Below are positions 9,125-18,600 of a stretch of 64,000 nt of DNA, piece by piece (position 1 is the first letter of the stretch; every line of letters begins with the position of its first letter). Source of the DNA: an uncultured Opitutus sp. (GTDB lineage Bacteria > Verrucomicrobiota > Verrucomicrobiia > Opitutales > Opitutaceae); NCBI GenBank assembly GCA_964406745.1, contig CAYOSX010000001.1:57-64056 (forward strand), given 5' to 3'. The notes beneath the pieces were generated by a model. That model did not search any database, was not told the origin of the DNA, and saw only the letters and a list, made by a program, of their open reading frames with translations. Made by a program: the position numbers and the translations under genes.

Positions 9125-9784
9125 ATGCGTACTCGCAGCCCTTCCATGACTTACCCATTCCATTCGAAGTGTTACCCGGTGGCGATCGCGGCGCTGGCGG
9201 TCTTGCTGTCGGGAGGGTGCGCCAGCCAAGGCGTGCGCAATCCGTCCGGTGTTCCGGTGACCGAAATGGGCGCCGACGAACGTGGATTCGTCGCAGGTAC
9301 CGGCGTCGAGTCTCAGGACTTGGTGGCCGTGACTGACCGGATGGCACGCAGTATTCTCGGCATTCCTGCCATTGCACAGGCGTCCAAGCCGCCCGTCGTG
9401 GCGATCGATCCCGTTGTCAACGAGACGAGGTTTCCAATCAACAAGGACATCTTCCTCACCCGCATTCGCACGCAGCTGAACTCGCGTGCGGCCGGCCGGG
9501 TGAGTTTTCTGGCGAGGGAAAACATGCGTGCGCTCGAGCGTGAGCGGCAGTTAAAGCAGGACGGCCTCGTGACGGCGTCGGCGGATCCCCACCAGGTCGA
9601 GTTTCTTGGGGCCGACTACTTCCTCACGGGAAAACTGCAGGGGATCTCAACGCGGACGAGTCAGGGCGTCAGCGACTACATTCTCTACAGCTTCCAGCTC
9701 ATCGACGCGCGCACCAGCGTGATCGTCTGGGAGGATATGGCGGAGATCAAGAAGCAGGGCCTTGAAGATGCCGCCTACCGCTAA
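9125..9784 (+). CDS. LpoB-like (COG3417-type) lipoprotein
   Basis: Lipobox LLSGGC. Body resembles the penicillin-binding-protein activator LpoB/YcfM family (V.N.T...I....F...I...L......F......DY.LTGK...I......Y.L.......D.RT..IVWE). ATG at 9125 chosen within the longer ORF. Confidence 0.7.
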   Translation: MRTRSPSMTYPFHSKCYPVAIAALAVLLSGGCASQGVRNPSGVPVTEMGADERGFVAGTGVESQDLVAVTDRMARSILGIPAIAQASKPPVVAIDPVVNETRFPINKDIFLTRIRTQLNSRAAGRVSFLARENMRALERERQLKQDGLVTASADPHQVEFLGADYFLTGKLQGISTRTSQGVSDYILYSFQLIDARTSVIVWEDMAEIKKQGLEDAAYR

Positions 9785-9803
9785 TCCGCACCGAGAATCC
9801 GCC

Positions 9804-10223
9804 ATGCACTCTTTCTTTTCCCTTTTCCTGATCGCGTCGTTAATGCTGGTGGTGGCCGGATGTCAGGCTCCGCCGGGACCGTTTGCGCCGCAGGACACCA
9901 CGCGGTACACGCTCGAAAACACGGAGCGTTTTGTCCTCATGGACGAGCAGGTCCAGACTTCGGTCACCTGCACGGGGCTTCAGGAATTCGTGCGGCCGGC
10001 GGATGGTCACCTTGAGGTGGTGGCCAACGTGAAAAATCGCGAAGCCCGGCGCATCCAGGTGCAGATTAGTTGTGTGTTCAAGGACGAGCAGGGGTTTTCC
10101 ACCGGAGACGAGACTCCGTGGCAAACGCTCATCCTGGGCGAGAACGCCACTGAAGCTGTCCGCTTTTCTTCCATGAATGATCGCGCCCGCAGCTACACGA
10201 TTCGCGTGCGGCAGGCGCGCTAA
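9804..10223 (+). CDS. YcfL-like (DUF1425) lipoprotein
   Basis: Lipobox VVAGC. ~125-aa mature beta-rich domain with the G.L.V...V.N......V...C.F.D..GF pattern of the YcfL family. Lies directly after the LpoB-like gene, and ycfL-lpoB adjacency is known in E. coli. Confidence 0.6.
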   Translation: MHSFFSLFLIASLMLVVAGCQAPPGPFAPQDTTRYTLENTERFVLMDEQVQTSVTCTGLQEFVRPADGHLEVVANVKNREARRIQVQISCVFKDEQGFSTGDETPWQTLILGENATEAVRFSSMNDRARSYTIRVRQAR

Positions 10224-10256
10224 CTTGAATAGGACGGCTCCGCCGTTCGTCTCACG

Positions 10257-11240
10257 GTGATGAAACGAAAATTGATGCTCGCGGTGTTTCCGGGGTTGCT
10301 TGCCGGTGTGTCGTTCGCGGCCGACCGGTACGTAGGCGAGCGTCCGCCGGTGTCGATTGTCGAGTCGCCACCGGGCCCGCCCGCCACGGGAGCCGACGGT
10401 TATCCGCAACGGCTCTATGCACCCGGAGCGGCGCTGATTGCCCCCGATAAGGCGGGAGAGATCGTTGTCCGGTTCCGGGAAGCATATGAGAGAGTCGGTC
10501 GTCCCCGGCTTGTCCTGGCGGTAAATCGTGAGCTTGTGGATTCAGAGTCGGGCTTGCGCCTGACGGGACGGTCCGAACGTGTGGAAACCACGCGCGAAGA
10601 GGTCACCAGTGATCTGACGCCGACCGGGACGGTTGCGCCGGCCGGTCCCGGCACCCAGGTCAATGTGTCCGTCGGGGGTTCTGCAGGCGAGGCGGTCGCA
10701 ATTCCGCCCCTTGCCAAGGGCGAGGCTACCACCCGCCGGGAAAAGACGGTGGCAGAGAACACCTATGAGAACTCACCCTCGGAAAAGGTGACACTCGCGG
10801 ATCGCCAGACCGTGCGTGATCTCGAGCGCCTTTTTGGTCGTCCCCTGCGTGCGGGCGGGGCGGCACTGGTCGATCAAAGGGTCGTGGCGTCGCTGATCGA
10901 CGACAAACCGGTGGATCACTTCCTTCCCCGATCAGGCGAAGCGGCGAGCAAGGATCGCGAGGCGCTGGCTTTGTCCGCCGACGCGGTGCTGGAAATCCTC
11001 ATCTCATCACGAACGCTGACGACGCCGGGCCTGACCGGGGATCAAGAGTACCGTGTGCCCGATATTCAGGCGACCTTGGTGCGCTTGAAGGACGGGGCGA
11101 TCCTTGCGCAGGCGTCGTCCTCAGACGTTTTGGGCAAGGACCGATACGCGGGCCCGATTATCCGCACGTTTGATGTCAACGAAATCGCCGAAGCGACGGC
11201 GCTCGCCTTGATGGAGGATTTTGCGGCGACGACTCCGTGA
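10257..11240 (+). CDS. Exported hypothetical protein in the lipoprotein module
   Basis: Signal peptide MMKRKLMLAVFPGLLAGVSFA. No recognisable catalytic motif. The C-terminal part (ADAVLEILISS...VPDIQATLVRLKDGAILAQ) loosely recalls LpoB/CsgG-like folds. Its stop overlaps the start of the next gene. Confidence 0.55.
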   Translation: MMKRKLMLAVFPGLLAGVSFAADRYVGERPPVSIVESPPGPPATGADGYPQRLYAPGAALIAPDKAGEIVVRFREAYERVGRPRLVLAVNRELVDSESGLRLTGRSERVETTREEVTSDLTPTGTVAPAGPGTQVNVSVGGSAGEAVAIPPLAKGEATTRREKTVAENTYENSPSEKVTLADRQTVRDLERLFGRPLRAGGAALVDQRVVASLIDDKPVDHFLPRSGEAASKDREALALSADAVLEILISSRTLTTPGLTGDQEYRVPDIQATLVRLKDGAILAQASSSDVLGKDRYAGPIIRTFDVNEIAEATALALMEDFAATTP

Positions 11241-12541
11241 TCGGCGACCGACAGTACTTCCGTTCGCTCATTTCCGGTCTGCTCAGGCGCGCCGTGTCAA
11301 TCGCAAGGGGAACGATGGTGATGGGCTCGCTGGTGGCGCTCTCCGGTTGTCAATCGTGGGAGCCGTTGCCGGTGGTGGTGCCGACGGGTGATCCCTTGAT
11401 TGACGCCAAGGCCTGGCAGGGGAACGCCCCGGAGAAAGATCGGGTGCTTTGGAACTATCGGGTCGGAGCCATCGCCCTTCGGCGAGGGGAGTGGTATGAG
11501 GCGCGCGCCCAGTTCGACGCCGGCTTGCGCACGGCGGCGGGCATCCTTGCTGATGCCGGCTCGAGGGATGCGGCTCGTGCGCGCGGACTGTTTCGGGCGG
11601 AGTCGCGCAAGCCTTTCGTTGGCGAGCCCTATGAACGTGTCATGGCCAACTACTATCGTGGCATCCTCTATTGGGCGGAAGGAGAGCCGGACAATGCCCG
11701 CGCGGCTTTCCGAAATGGAATGTTCATCGATGGGGACGCAGCGGAGCAGCAGTACGCAGGAGACTTCGTTCTTCTCGACTATCTGGACAGCACCATCACG
11801 ACCCGGCTGGGTGGTGACGGGGAAGATGCCCTCCGTCGTGCGCAGGAGCGTTCAGCCTTCACGCTGCCCCCCGTCGAGGCGGATGCGAATGTGATGGTTT
11901 TTGTCGAGTATGGTCAGGGACCTCGCAAGGTGGCCGAAGGGTCGGACGGGGAGCGCCTGGCTTTCCGAACGCGTCCGTCGCTCGTCGTCCGGGGCGAACT
12001 GGTCGTCGGGGGCCGGACCGTCGCGTTGCCCCCGTATGATGATCTCCATTACCAAGCGACCACTCGCGGAGGGCGGGTCATGGACTACATCCTTGGCAAC
12101 AAGGCGGTCTTCAAACGGAACACGGGAGCGGTCGGCGACGTGGCGCTTGGCGCTGCGGTGGTGGTTGCCTCCGAAGGTCGGGAAGGACCTCCTCCCAAGA
12201 CGACCGAGGAGCGGGAGAGACAAAAGGAAAACGAGCGCGAGCGCGAGCAGGCGGCCATCGCGCTGGCGACGGTGGGTATCTTCAGCAAGATTGCCAGTGC
12301 CGCGGCCCAACCGGCGGCCGATACGCGGACGTGGGATAACCTTCCGCAGTATTTGAGTTTTGCCGCGCTCAGGCTTCCGCCGGGGCATCACGATGCCGTT
12401 CTCGATTTTTACGACGAGAACGACAAGCAGCTGCCGTCACGGACCCAGCGTTTCAGCATTCACGTTCCGGCCGATGAAGCCGGCGTCGGGCCTTCGCGGG
12501 CGGAGGACGTCATCGTGTTTCGAAGCGACGTCGTGCGCTGA
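11237..12541 (+). CDS. Lipoprotein with TPR-like N-terminal region (possibly COG3014/Cj0089-like)
   Basis: Lipobox VALSGC. TPR-like helices (EWYEARAQFDAGL..., ANYYRGILYWAEGEPDNARAAFRNG), a charged ERERQKENERERE stretch and a conserved-looking C-terminus (DTRTWDNLPQ). GTG at 11237 overlaps the upstream stop; ATG at 11315 is an alternative start. Confidence 0.55.
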   Translation: MIGDRQYFRSLISGLLRRAVSIARGTMVMGSLVALSGCQSWEPLPVVVPTGDPLIDAKAWQGNAPEKDRVLWNYRVGAIALRRGEWYEARAQFDAGLRTAAGILADAGSRDAARARGLFRAESRKPFVGEPYERVMANYYRGILYWAEGEPDNARAAFRNGMFIDGDAAEQQYAGDFVLLDYLDSTITTRLGGDGEDALRRAQERSAFTLPPVEADANVMVFVEYGQGPRKVAEGSDGERLAFRTRPSLVVRGELVVGGRTVALPPYDDLHYQATTRGGRVMDYILGNKAVFKRNTGAVGDVALGAAVVVASEGREGPPPKTTEERERQKENEREREQAAIALATVGIFSKIASAAAQPAADTRTWDNLPQYLSFAALRLPPGHHDAVLDFYDENDKQLPSRTQRFSIHVPADEAGVGPSRAEDVIVFRSDVVR

Positions 12542-12729
12542 GCTCGTAGGGCGATTCTTATTGGGACGTGTCCGCCGGATCCAGCAGGGAACCGCTCGAC
12601 GCGATCGGGACGTAACGTTCGTTGGAGATTGCGCTTCAAGCGTCCGCGATTCACTTGGAGCGGTCTCGTCCTGGCATCGTAACCGTCGGGCCGGCCCGTG
12701 TCCCGCACCCAAGCTTACTTTCTTTCCGC

Positions 12730-14982
12730 ATGCTGCCGTTCGCCCTGTCGATCTTCACCGGAGCGTTTCTGCTATTCCAAGTCCAGCCGCTGATCGGCAA
12801 GTTCATCCTTCCTTGGTTCGGAGGGAGTCCTGGGGTCTGGACGACCTGCATGCTTTTCTTCCAGACCGTCCTGCTTGCCGGTTATGCCTATGCGCACGTG
12901 ACGTCGCGGTGGTTGCGGCCGCGTCAGCAGGCGGTGGTTCATCTGGCCTTGCTGGTACTGGCAGTGGTGTTGCTGCCGATTGCTCCGTCGGAGTCGTGGA
13001 AACCCATCAATGGCGGCAATCCTTCCGTGCGGATTTTGCTCCTGTTATCGGCGACGCTGGGATTGCCTTACTTTGTATTGTCTTCGACCGGCCCCCTGAT
13101 GCAGCGCTGGTTCAGCCTTTCGCATCCGGGTCGTTCACCGTACAGGCTCTACGCGCTTTCCAACATCGGCTCCTTGCTCGCGTTGGTGAGCTATCCGTTC
13201 GTGTTTGAGCCCGCTCTTTCCCGGCAGCAGCAAGCAGCAGTATGGTCCATCGGTCTCTGCGTGTTTGCCGTTGTGTGTGCAATCTGCGCGTTCCGGGTGA
13301 GGCGGGTGGCGGAGGTGAGCGAGTCTTTGGCGGACGACGATGCCGGGCAGACGCCCGATGCGCCCCCCAGTGTCTTCAATCGATTTCTCTGGCTGGCGCT
13401 TCCGGCGACGGCCTCGGTCCTGTTGCTCGCAACCACGAACAAGCTGTGTCAGGACGTCGCCGTCATTCCATTCTTGTGGGTGCTCCCGCTGGCGCTTTAT
13501 CTGTTGAGCTTCATTGTCTGCTTTGACCACGCCCGCTGGTACCGGCGCGATGTCTTTGGAGGCCTGTTCATCTTGGGCGCTGCAGTGGTGGCTTATCTAT
13601 TCTATGCGGAGCACTCCGCGCCGCTGGTGGTTCAGATCTCCGGCTATTCCGCGACCTTGTTTTTCGCATGCATGATCTGCCATGGCGAAGTCTACCGTCT
13701 CAAACCTTCGGTGCGGCGGCTGACCGGATACTATCTCATGATTGCGGCCGGAGGTGCGTTGGGTGGTTTCCTCGTGGCGGTGGTCGCACCGCTGGTTTTC
13801 AGCCATTATATCGAGTTGCAGATTGGATTGTGCGTCCTCGCCTATCTCCTCGGCATCATCGTGCTTCGTGACGAAAGTCGGGAGGCGGCTTGGGGCGTGG
13901 TCGCCGGGGTGGTGGCGGCCGCGGTGCTTGTGCCGCTGTTGTCGGCGTCGTTCTGGAAGCTTTACTTCGGCGAAATGCTTGCGGCTTATCCGGAATACTA
14001 TCGCGAGCACTGGAAGGAGGCGTTGCTCGTGACTGGCGTTACGCTTTTGTGCTTTGGCGACCTCCGCCGCGGCCTTTCGCGCAGCTGGCAACCGCGAATG
14101 GGCGGCTACATCATGTTCGTTACGCTCGGGCTCGGCTTGCTGTTTGTCGTGCAGCTTCATCAGACAAGCCGTCAGGTGGTGAGTGCGGAGCGCAACTTCT
14201 ACGGGTTGCTCAAGGTCGTGCAGTACAACGCAGATGATCCTCGCATTCATTATTTCTCACTCGTCCATGGCGGGATAACCCACGGCTTGCAGTTCACCGA
14301 TCCGATCATGGCGACGCTGCCAACGACCTATTATGGCGAGACGAGCGGGGTAGGTCGGGCGCTCAAACAAATGTGGCGGGCGGAGGGACGGCGAATCGGT
14401 CTGGTGGGCCTCGGCACCGGTTCACTGGCGGCCTATGGCGAAGAGGACGATTATTTTCGGATCTACGAGATTAACCCCGAAGTAGAACGCCTTGCGCGAA
14501 CGCGATTCACCTACCTCGAATCGAGCGAGGCCAGCGTTGACGTGATCATGGGCGATGCGCGCGTCTCGATGGAACGCGAGGCGAAGTTGGGCGATCGCCA
14601 ACGGTTTGACCTGCTGGCCCTGGATGCGTTTAGCAGCGATGCGATTCCTGTTCACCTCCTTACGGCGGAGGCGTTCGAAGTCTACCTTGAACACCTCAAG
14701 CCTGACGGAGTGATTGCCGTGCATATCTCAAACCGGTACCTCGACCTCTATCCCGTGGTCGACAATCTGGCCGGACACTTTGGCCTCCGCGTTGTGTACA
14801 TCGCGGACGACTCCGAGGAAGAGTGGTGGAACTACCGGACGTCGTGGATGCTGCTCTCGCGCAATCAGGAGTTTCTCGATTTGCCTGAGATTGGAGGGGT
14901 GGCCAGCGCGCCAGAGGCCCGGGAACGGCCGGTGAAATTATGGACAGATGATTACGCCAGTCTGTTTGACGTGTTGCGATAG
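12730..14982 (+). CDS. Fused multi-pass membrane (MFS-like) / spermidine-synthase-like protein
   Basis: ~500 aa of TM helices followed by a SpeE-like SAM-fold domain (GLVGLGTGSLAAYG...IYEINPEV...D.LALDAFSSDAIPVHL.T.EAF...L.P.GV.AVH). ATG at 12730 chosen within the ORF that starts at 12622. Confidence 0.8.
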   Translation: MLPFALSIFTGAFLLFQVQPLIGKFILPWFGGSPGVWTTCMLFFQTVLLAGYAYAHVTSRWLRPRQQAVVHLALLVLAVVLLPIAPSESWKPINGGNPSVRILLLLSATLGLPYFVLSSTGPLMQRWFSLSHPGRSPYRLYALSNIGSLLALVSYPFVFEPALSRQQQAAVWSIGLCVFAVVCAICAFRVRRVAEVSESLADDDAGQTPDAPPSVFNRFLWLALPATASVLLLATTNKLCQDVAVIPFLWVLPLALYLLSFIVCFDHARWYRRDVFGGLFILGAAVVAYLFYAEHSAPLVVQISGYSATLFFACMICHGEVYRLKPSVRRLTGYYLMIAAGGALGGFLVAVVAPLVFSHYIELQIGLCVLAYLLGIIVLRDESREAAWGVVAGVVAAAVLVPLLSASFWKLYFGEMLAAYPEYYREHWKEALLVTGVTLLCFGDLRRGLSRSWQPRMGGYIMFVTLGLGLLFVVQLHQTSRQVVSAERNFYGLLKVVQYNADDPRIHYFSLVHGGITHGLQFTDPIMATLPTTYYGETSGVGRALKQMWRAEGRRIGLVGLGTGSLAAYGEEDDYFRIYEINPEVERLARTRFTYLESSEASVDVIMGDARVSMEREAKLGDRQRFDLLALDAFSSDAIPVHLLTAEAFEVYLEHLKPDGVIAVHISNRYLDLYPVVDNLAGHFGLRVVYIADDSEEEWWNYRTSWMLLSRNQEFLDLPEIGGVASAPEARERPVKLWTDDYASLFDVLR

Positions 14983-15000
14983 GCCCGCACCGTCTTCGCG

Positions 15001-15327
15001 ATGCATTTTTTCACGACAACGATCGGACGACTCCGGTTTATCGGATTTCTGGAGGGTGTGTCTTTTCTGCTTTTGCTTGGGGTAGCCATGCCGCTCAAGT
15101 ATCTGGCGGATCAACCCGAGGCAGTGCGGGTGGTGGGAATGGCGCACGGTATTCTCTTCCTGCTTTATCTCTGGGCGACGATTTTAGCGGCCATCGAATT
15201 CAAGTGGACATGGGGACGCACGCTTGTGGTGGCGGCCGCCAGTCTCTTTCCCTTCGGGCCGTTCTATGCTGACGCGCGCTGGTTAAAACCGCTGAGCAGG
15301 CCAAGCGCCCATCAGGTGGAAGGATAA
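15001..15327 (+). CDS. DUF3817-family small membrane protein
   Basis: 108 aa with 3-4 TM segments. LRFIGFLEGVSFLLLLGVAMPLKY...VVGMAHGILF is typical of DUF3817. Confidence 0.7.
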   Translation: MHFFTTTIGRLRFIGFLEGVSFLLLLGVAMPLKYLADQPEAVRVVGMAHGILFLLYLWATILAAIEFKWTWGRTLVVAAASLFPFGPFYADARWLKPLSRPSAHQVEG

Positions 15328-15467
15328 ACGAAGAATACCGGCCTTCGGCAGGAGCTTAACTTGACATTATTGGTCCCCTTGCCCCTCTGGAAGGAAGACC
15401 GCAAACGGACTGCGTAGGTACACGACTGCCATGGTGGTTTGGTTGCGGTGTCCCATCCCACGACCCC

Positions 15468-17234
15468 ATGCATTCCACCATTCCGGTTCTCCGGAGGACT
15501 GTTTCATTCCTTGCGGCTCTTTACCTTGCCGGGGCGGTGCCGATTACCGCTCAACCGGCGGCCCCAAGCGACGACGTTGTTGAGTTACCGCAGTTTCTGG
15601 TCACAGACACGCGCGAACTGCCTCCCCCCGAGCCATGGCGTTACGCGCGCATTCCCGGATTTGAGATTCTGTCAAACGCCCGTGATCGCGATGCGGAACG
15701 CTTGATCCGGGACTTCGATCTGTTCCGCCAAGCCCTGGCCGTTGTCTGGCCGTTGCCGGAACGTACACACCGCCCCACGACGCTGATCCTCTGCGGTCGC
15801 CGTGATGCGTTTGATGCATTTTCGCAACGGGAGTCGTCCCGTGTGGACGTCGGGTCCGCGAGTCTATTCGTTCGTAATCCCGAGCAGGCAGCGATCGTCC
15901 TCGACCTGCAGCTCAAGACGTTGGACGTGCTTGCGGACGACGTCGGTATCGATCCGACGGGCAGCACGGATTTCGGATTGGTGGCGGTGGAGCACAACAA
16001 GCAGCTCTATCGCGAGTACATCTATCACCTGTTGAGTTCGGCATCTCCGCGCGCCCCGGCCTGGTTTGAGGAGGGTCTCGCACAGATAATGATGGCGATG
16101 AAATTCGACCAGAATACGATCCGCTTGGGGGTGATTGAAGACCCTAACACGTTGTCCGTTTCGGCGGCGGCTGTGGCGGGCGTCAACGCATCGGGGGACG
16201 CGGATCCGGATCTCCCGGCACTTCCCACAGCACCCGCGGAGGATCGAGATTTCAACGTGGCTTTGGCGCGCAGGGCCCTAGTGCCTTTCGGTGCATTCTT
16301 CTCTGTCGCGCACGGGGCGCCCGAGACCCGCAACCCGTTGGGCAATAATATCTGGGCGAAACAGGCATACGCTTTTGTTCATATGTGCCTTTTCGGTCGC
16401 GGAGCTCGGTTTCAGCAGCCGTTTGCCTTGTTTTTGCAGCGTTTGGGGCGTGGCGAGCCGGTTTCCGAAGAACTTTTCATCGAGTGCTTCAAGATGAACT
16501 ACAAGACGATGTCGCTCGAACTGCGGGCATACGTCCAGTTCACGGATTACAAAGCCCAAGGAGCCCGTGCAAGAAAAGGGGAAGGACTCGCCGCGCCAGC
16601 CGACGTGGACTTTCGCGAAGCGACCCAATCCGAGGTGGGCCGAATCAAGGGCGAAGCATTGATGTTGGCCGGGAGATTGGATCCGGCGCGCCTCGCGATG
16701 ATTGCGCCTTACGTTCGCGGTGAACGAGATCCCGAATTGCTGGCCTCTTTGGGCCTGTTGGAGCGAACGCTGGGAAGCGACGAACGGGCGCGTCGCTTCC
16801 TCGAGGCTGCGGCAACGGCGTCGGTGGATCGGCCTCGGGTCTATCTTGAGGTGGGAAGACTTCGTTACATGGAAGCAGCGGCCGCCCCATCCGGGGAAGG
16901 GGGAATGCTTTCATCGACTCAAGCCGAACACATTCTCTCCGTCTTGCGTAAAGGCCGCACCTATCCTCCCCCCATGCCCGCGCTTTACGAACTTGCTGCG
17001 GATACGCTCGCCTCCGCGGCGCAGGTTCCAGCGAAGGAGGATTTGAAGATGTTGATTGAAGGCGTGAATACGTTTCCTCGACGTTCGTCGCTTACGTTGA
17101 AAGCGGCGCGCCTCTGCGCGCAGCATGGATACCCGAGTGAGGCTCGGGAACTTGCTGAGTTTGGGCTTCGCTTCGCGACCACCTCGGAACAAAAGGCAGA
17201 GTTCGAGTCGCTGCGCTCTACCCTCACTCCATAA
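15468..17234 (+). CDS. Exported hypothetical protein, possibly a degenerate MA-clan/DUF1570-like fold with a helical C-terminus
   Basis: Signal peptide (...LYLAGAVPITAQP). Central REYIYHLL...PAWFEEGLAQ resembles the HExxH...W..EG.A region of DUF1570-type peptidases, but the first His is not in register. Helical repeat-like C-terminus. Confidence 0.6.
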   Translation: MHSTIPVLRRTVSFLAALYLAGAVPITAQPAAPSDDVVELPQFLVTDTRELPPPEPWRYARIPGFEILSNARDRDAERLIRDFDLFRQALAVVWPLPERTHRPTTLILCGRRDAFDAFSQRESSRVDVGSASLFVRNPEQAAIVLDLQLKTLDVLADDVGIDPTGSTDFGLVAVEHNKQLYREYIYHLLSSASPRAPAWFEEGLAQIMMAMKFDQNTIRLGVIEDPNTLSVSAAAVAGVNASGDADPDLPALPTAPAEDRDFNVALARRALVPFGAFFSVAHGAPETRNPLGNNIWAKQAYAFVHMCLFGRGARFQQPFALFLQRLGRGEPVSEELFIECFKMNYKTMSLELRAYVQFTDYKAQGARARKGEGLAAPADVDFREATQSEVGRIKGEALMLAGRLDPARLAMIAPYVRGERDPELLASLGLLERTLGSDERARRFLEAAATASVDRPRVYLEVGRLRYMEAAAAPSGEGGMLSSTQAEHILSVLRKGRTYPPPMPALYELAADTLASAAQVPAKEDLKMLIEGVNTFPRRSSLTLKAARLCAQHGYPSEARELAEFGLRFATTSEQKAEFESLRSTLTP

Positions 17235-17386
17235 ACGATCCGCTACACCCGGTGTTTGCTGTCGGCGCAGTCGACCGATTGTGAATGAGTTGTGAATAAC
17301 TCGCGCTTGTCAAACACCGTGCCTTCAGCGAGTTTTCAGTTCCTCCCGCCAAAATGACGAAGTAGAGCTTAGCTCCTCGTCATTGA

Positions 17387-17419
17387 TCGCCCGGCCCTCG
17401 TGGCCGGGCGATTTTTTTT
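17387..17419 (+). terminator. Rho-independent terminator
   Basis: 10-bp GC-rich stem tcgcccggcc/ggccgggcga with loop ctcgt, followed by T8 (17412-17419). Lies ~150 nt downstream of the stop at 17234. Confidence 0.75.
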
Positions 17420-17714
17420 GCAGGGATCGGAAACGGGCCACCGCCCGAACCCTGCCGGCGGCCGGCGGGTGGGCAGGCCGGCAAGATTGGAATTCTTTGA
17501 ACTTGTCATCGGAACGCCAAGACCCACTTTCCCGCTCTCCTCGTCGCAGCGGTCGCAGATGATCGTGACGAACCCGATGACTTTCGCCCCGTGAAAACCG
17601 GACGTTCTGTCCGGAATTCGCGAGAGGTCATCTTTTCGCCAGAAAGTTCTTGCCGACCATTTCGGCGTTCCTCACGTTTCTCCTCTTTTCCCAAATTCCC
17701 ATCCTTCTTCTCGT

Positions 17715-18098
17715 ATGCCGACCATCAACCAACTCGTGCGCAAAGGGCGTCGCCAAATCAAGGCGAAGTCCAAGTCGCCGGCGCTCTCAGGAAATCCTTT
17801 CCGCCGTGGCGTCTGCGTGCAGGTCATGACCCGCACGCCGAAGAAGCCGAAATCTGCCATTCGCAAAGTAGCGAAGGTCCGTCTGACCAATGGTAACGAG
17901 GTCATCTCCTACATTCCCGACGAAGGTCACAATCTGCAGGAGCACTCAATTGTCCTCGTTCGCGGTGGTCGTGTGAAAGACTTGCCGGGTGTCCGTTACC
18001 ACATCGTTCGTGGCACCCTCGACGCGACCGGCGTCGAGAAGCGCCGTCGCAGCCGCTCCAAGTATGGAGTCAAGCGTCCGAAGGCCGCCAAAAAGTAA
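17715..18098 (+). CDS. rpsL: 30S ribosomal protein S12
   Basis: [12 protein letters not shown]...; full-length match to S12. Confidence 0.98.
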   Translation: MPTINQLVRKGRRQIKAKSKSPALSGNPFRRGVCVQVMTRTPKKPKSAIRKVAKVRLTNGNEVISYIPDEGHNLQEHSIVLVRGGRVKDLPGVRYHIVRGTLDATGVEKRRRSRSKYGVKRPKAAKK

Positions 18099-18120
18099 GC
18101 TTTTAACCTGATTTTCGCCC

Positions 18121-18594
18121 ATGTCACGCCGCCACCGAGCTGAGAAACGTCACGTCGAACCCGACGTTCGCTACAAGAGCCCTCTCGTTGCCCATCTGGT
18201 CAACGTCATCATGAAGAGTGGGAAAAAGAATCTGGCCGAGCGCGTGGTCTACGGAGCGTTCGAGAAGGTCTCTGAGAAGCTCGAGAAGGGGGATCCCGTC
18301 GATCTGTTGATCGGCGCCTTGGAGAACGCCCGTCCGCGCCTTGAGGTCAAGAGCCGCCGCGTCGGTGGTGCGACCTACCAAGTGCCCGTGGAGATCTCGT
18401 ATGAGCGTCAAGAGAGCTTGGCCCTGCGTTGGATCGTCACCGCGGCCGGCCAGCGAAAAGGCACTCCCATGAGGGATGCCCTCGCCGCCGAGATTATCGA
18501 CGCTTACAACAATACTGGAAGCGTCGTGAAGAAGAAGGAAGACACGCATAAGATGGCTCAAGCCAACCGTGCCTTCGCCCACCTCCGCTGGTAA
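18121..18594 (+). CDS. rpsG: 30S ribosomal protein S7
   Basis: [10 protein letters not shown]....PD..Y......; canonical S7, and follows rpsL. Confidence 0.98.
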   Translation: MSRRHRAEKRHVEPDVRYKSPLVAHLVNVIMKSGKKNLAERVVYGAFEKVSEKLEKGDPVDLLIGALENARPRLEVKSRRVGGATYQVPVEISYERQESLALRWIVTAAGQRKGTPMRDALAAEIIDAYNNTGSVVKKKEDTHKMAQANRAFAHLRW

Positions 18595-18600
18595 GGTCCC

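Noticed and set aside
17400-17594. 64-aa ORF (and the overlapping 17506-17694 and 17591-17896 ORFs) in the long non-coding region upstream of rpsL.
   Set aside because: No signal, motif or plausible start context. The compositions are typical of random GC-rich frames. The region is better treated as the rpsL leader or promoter plus the upstream terminator.
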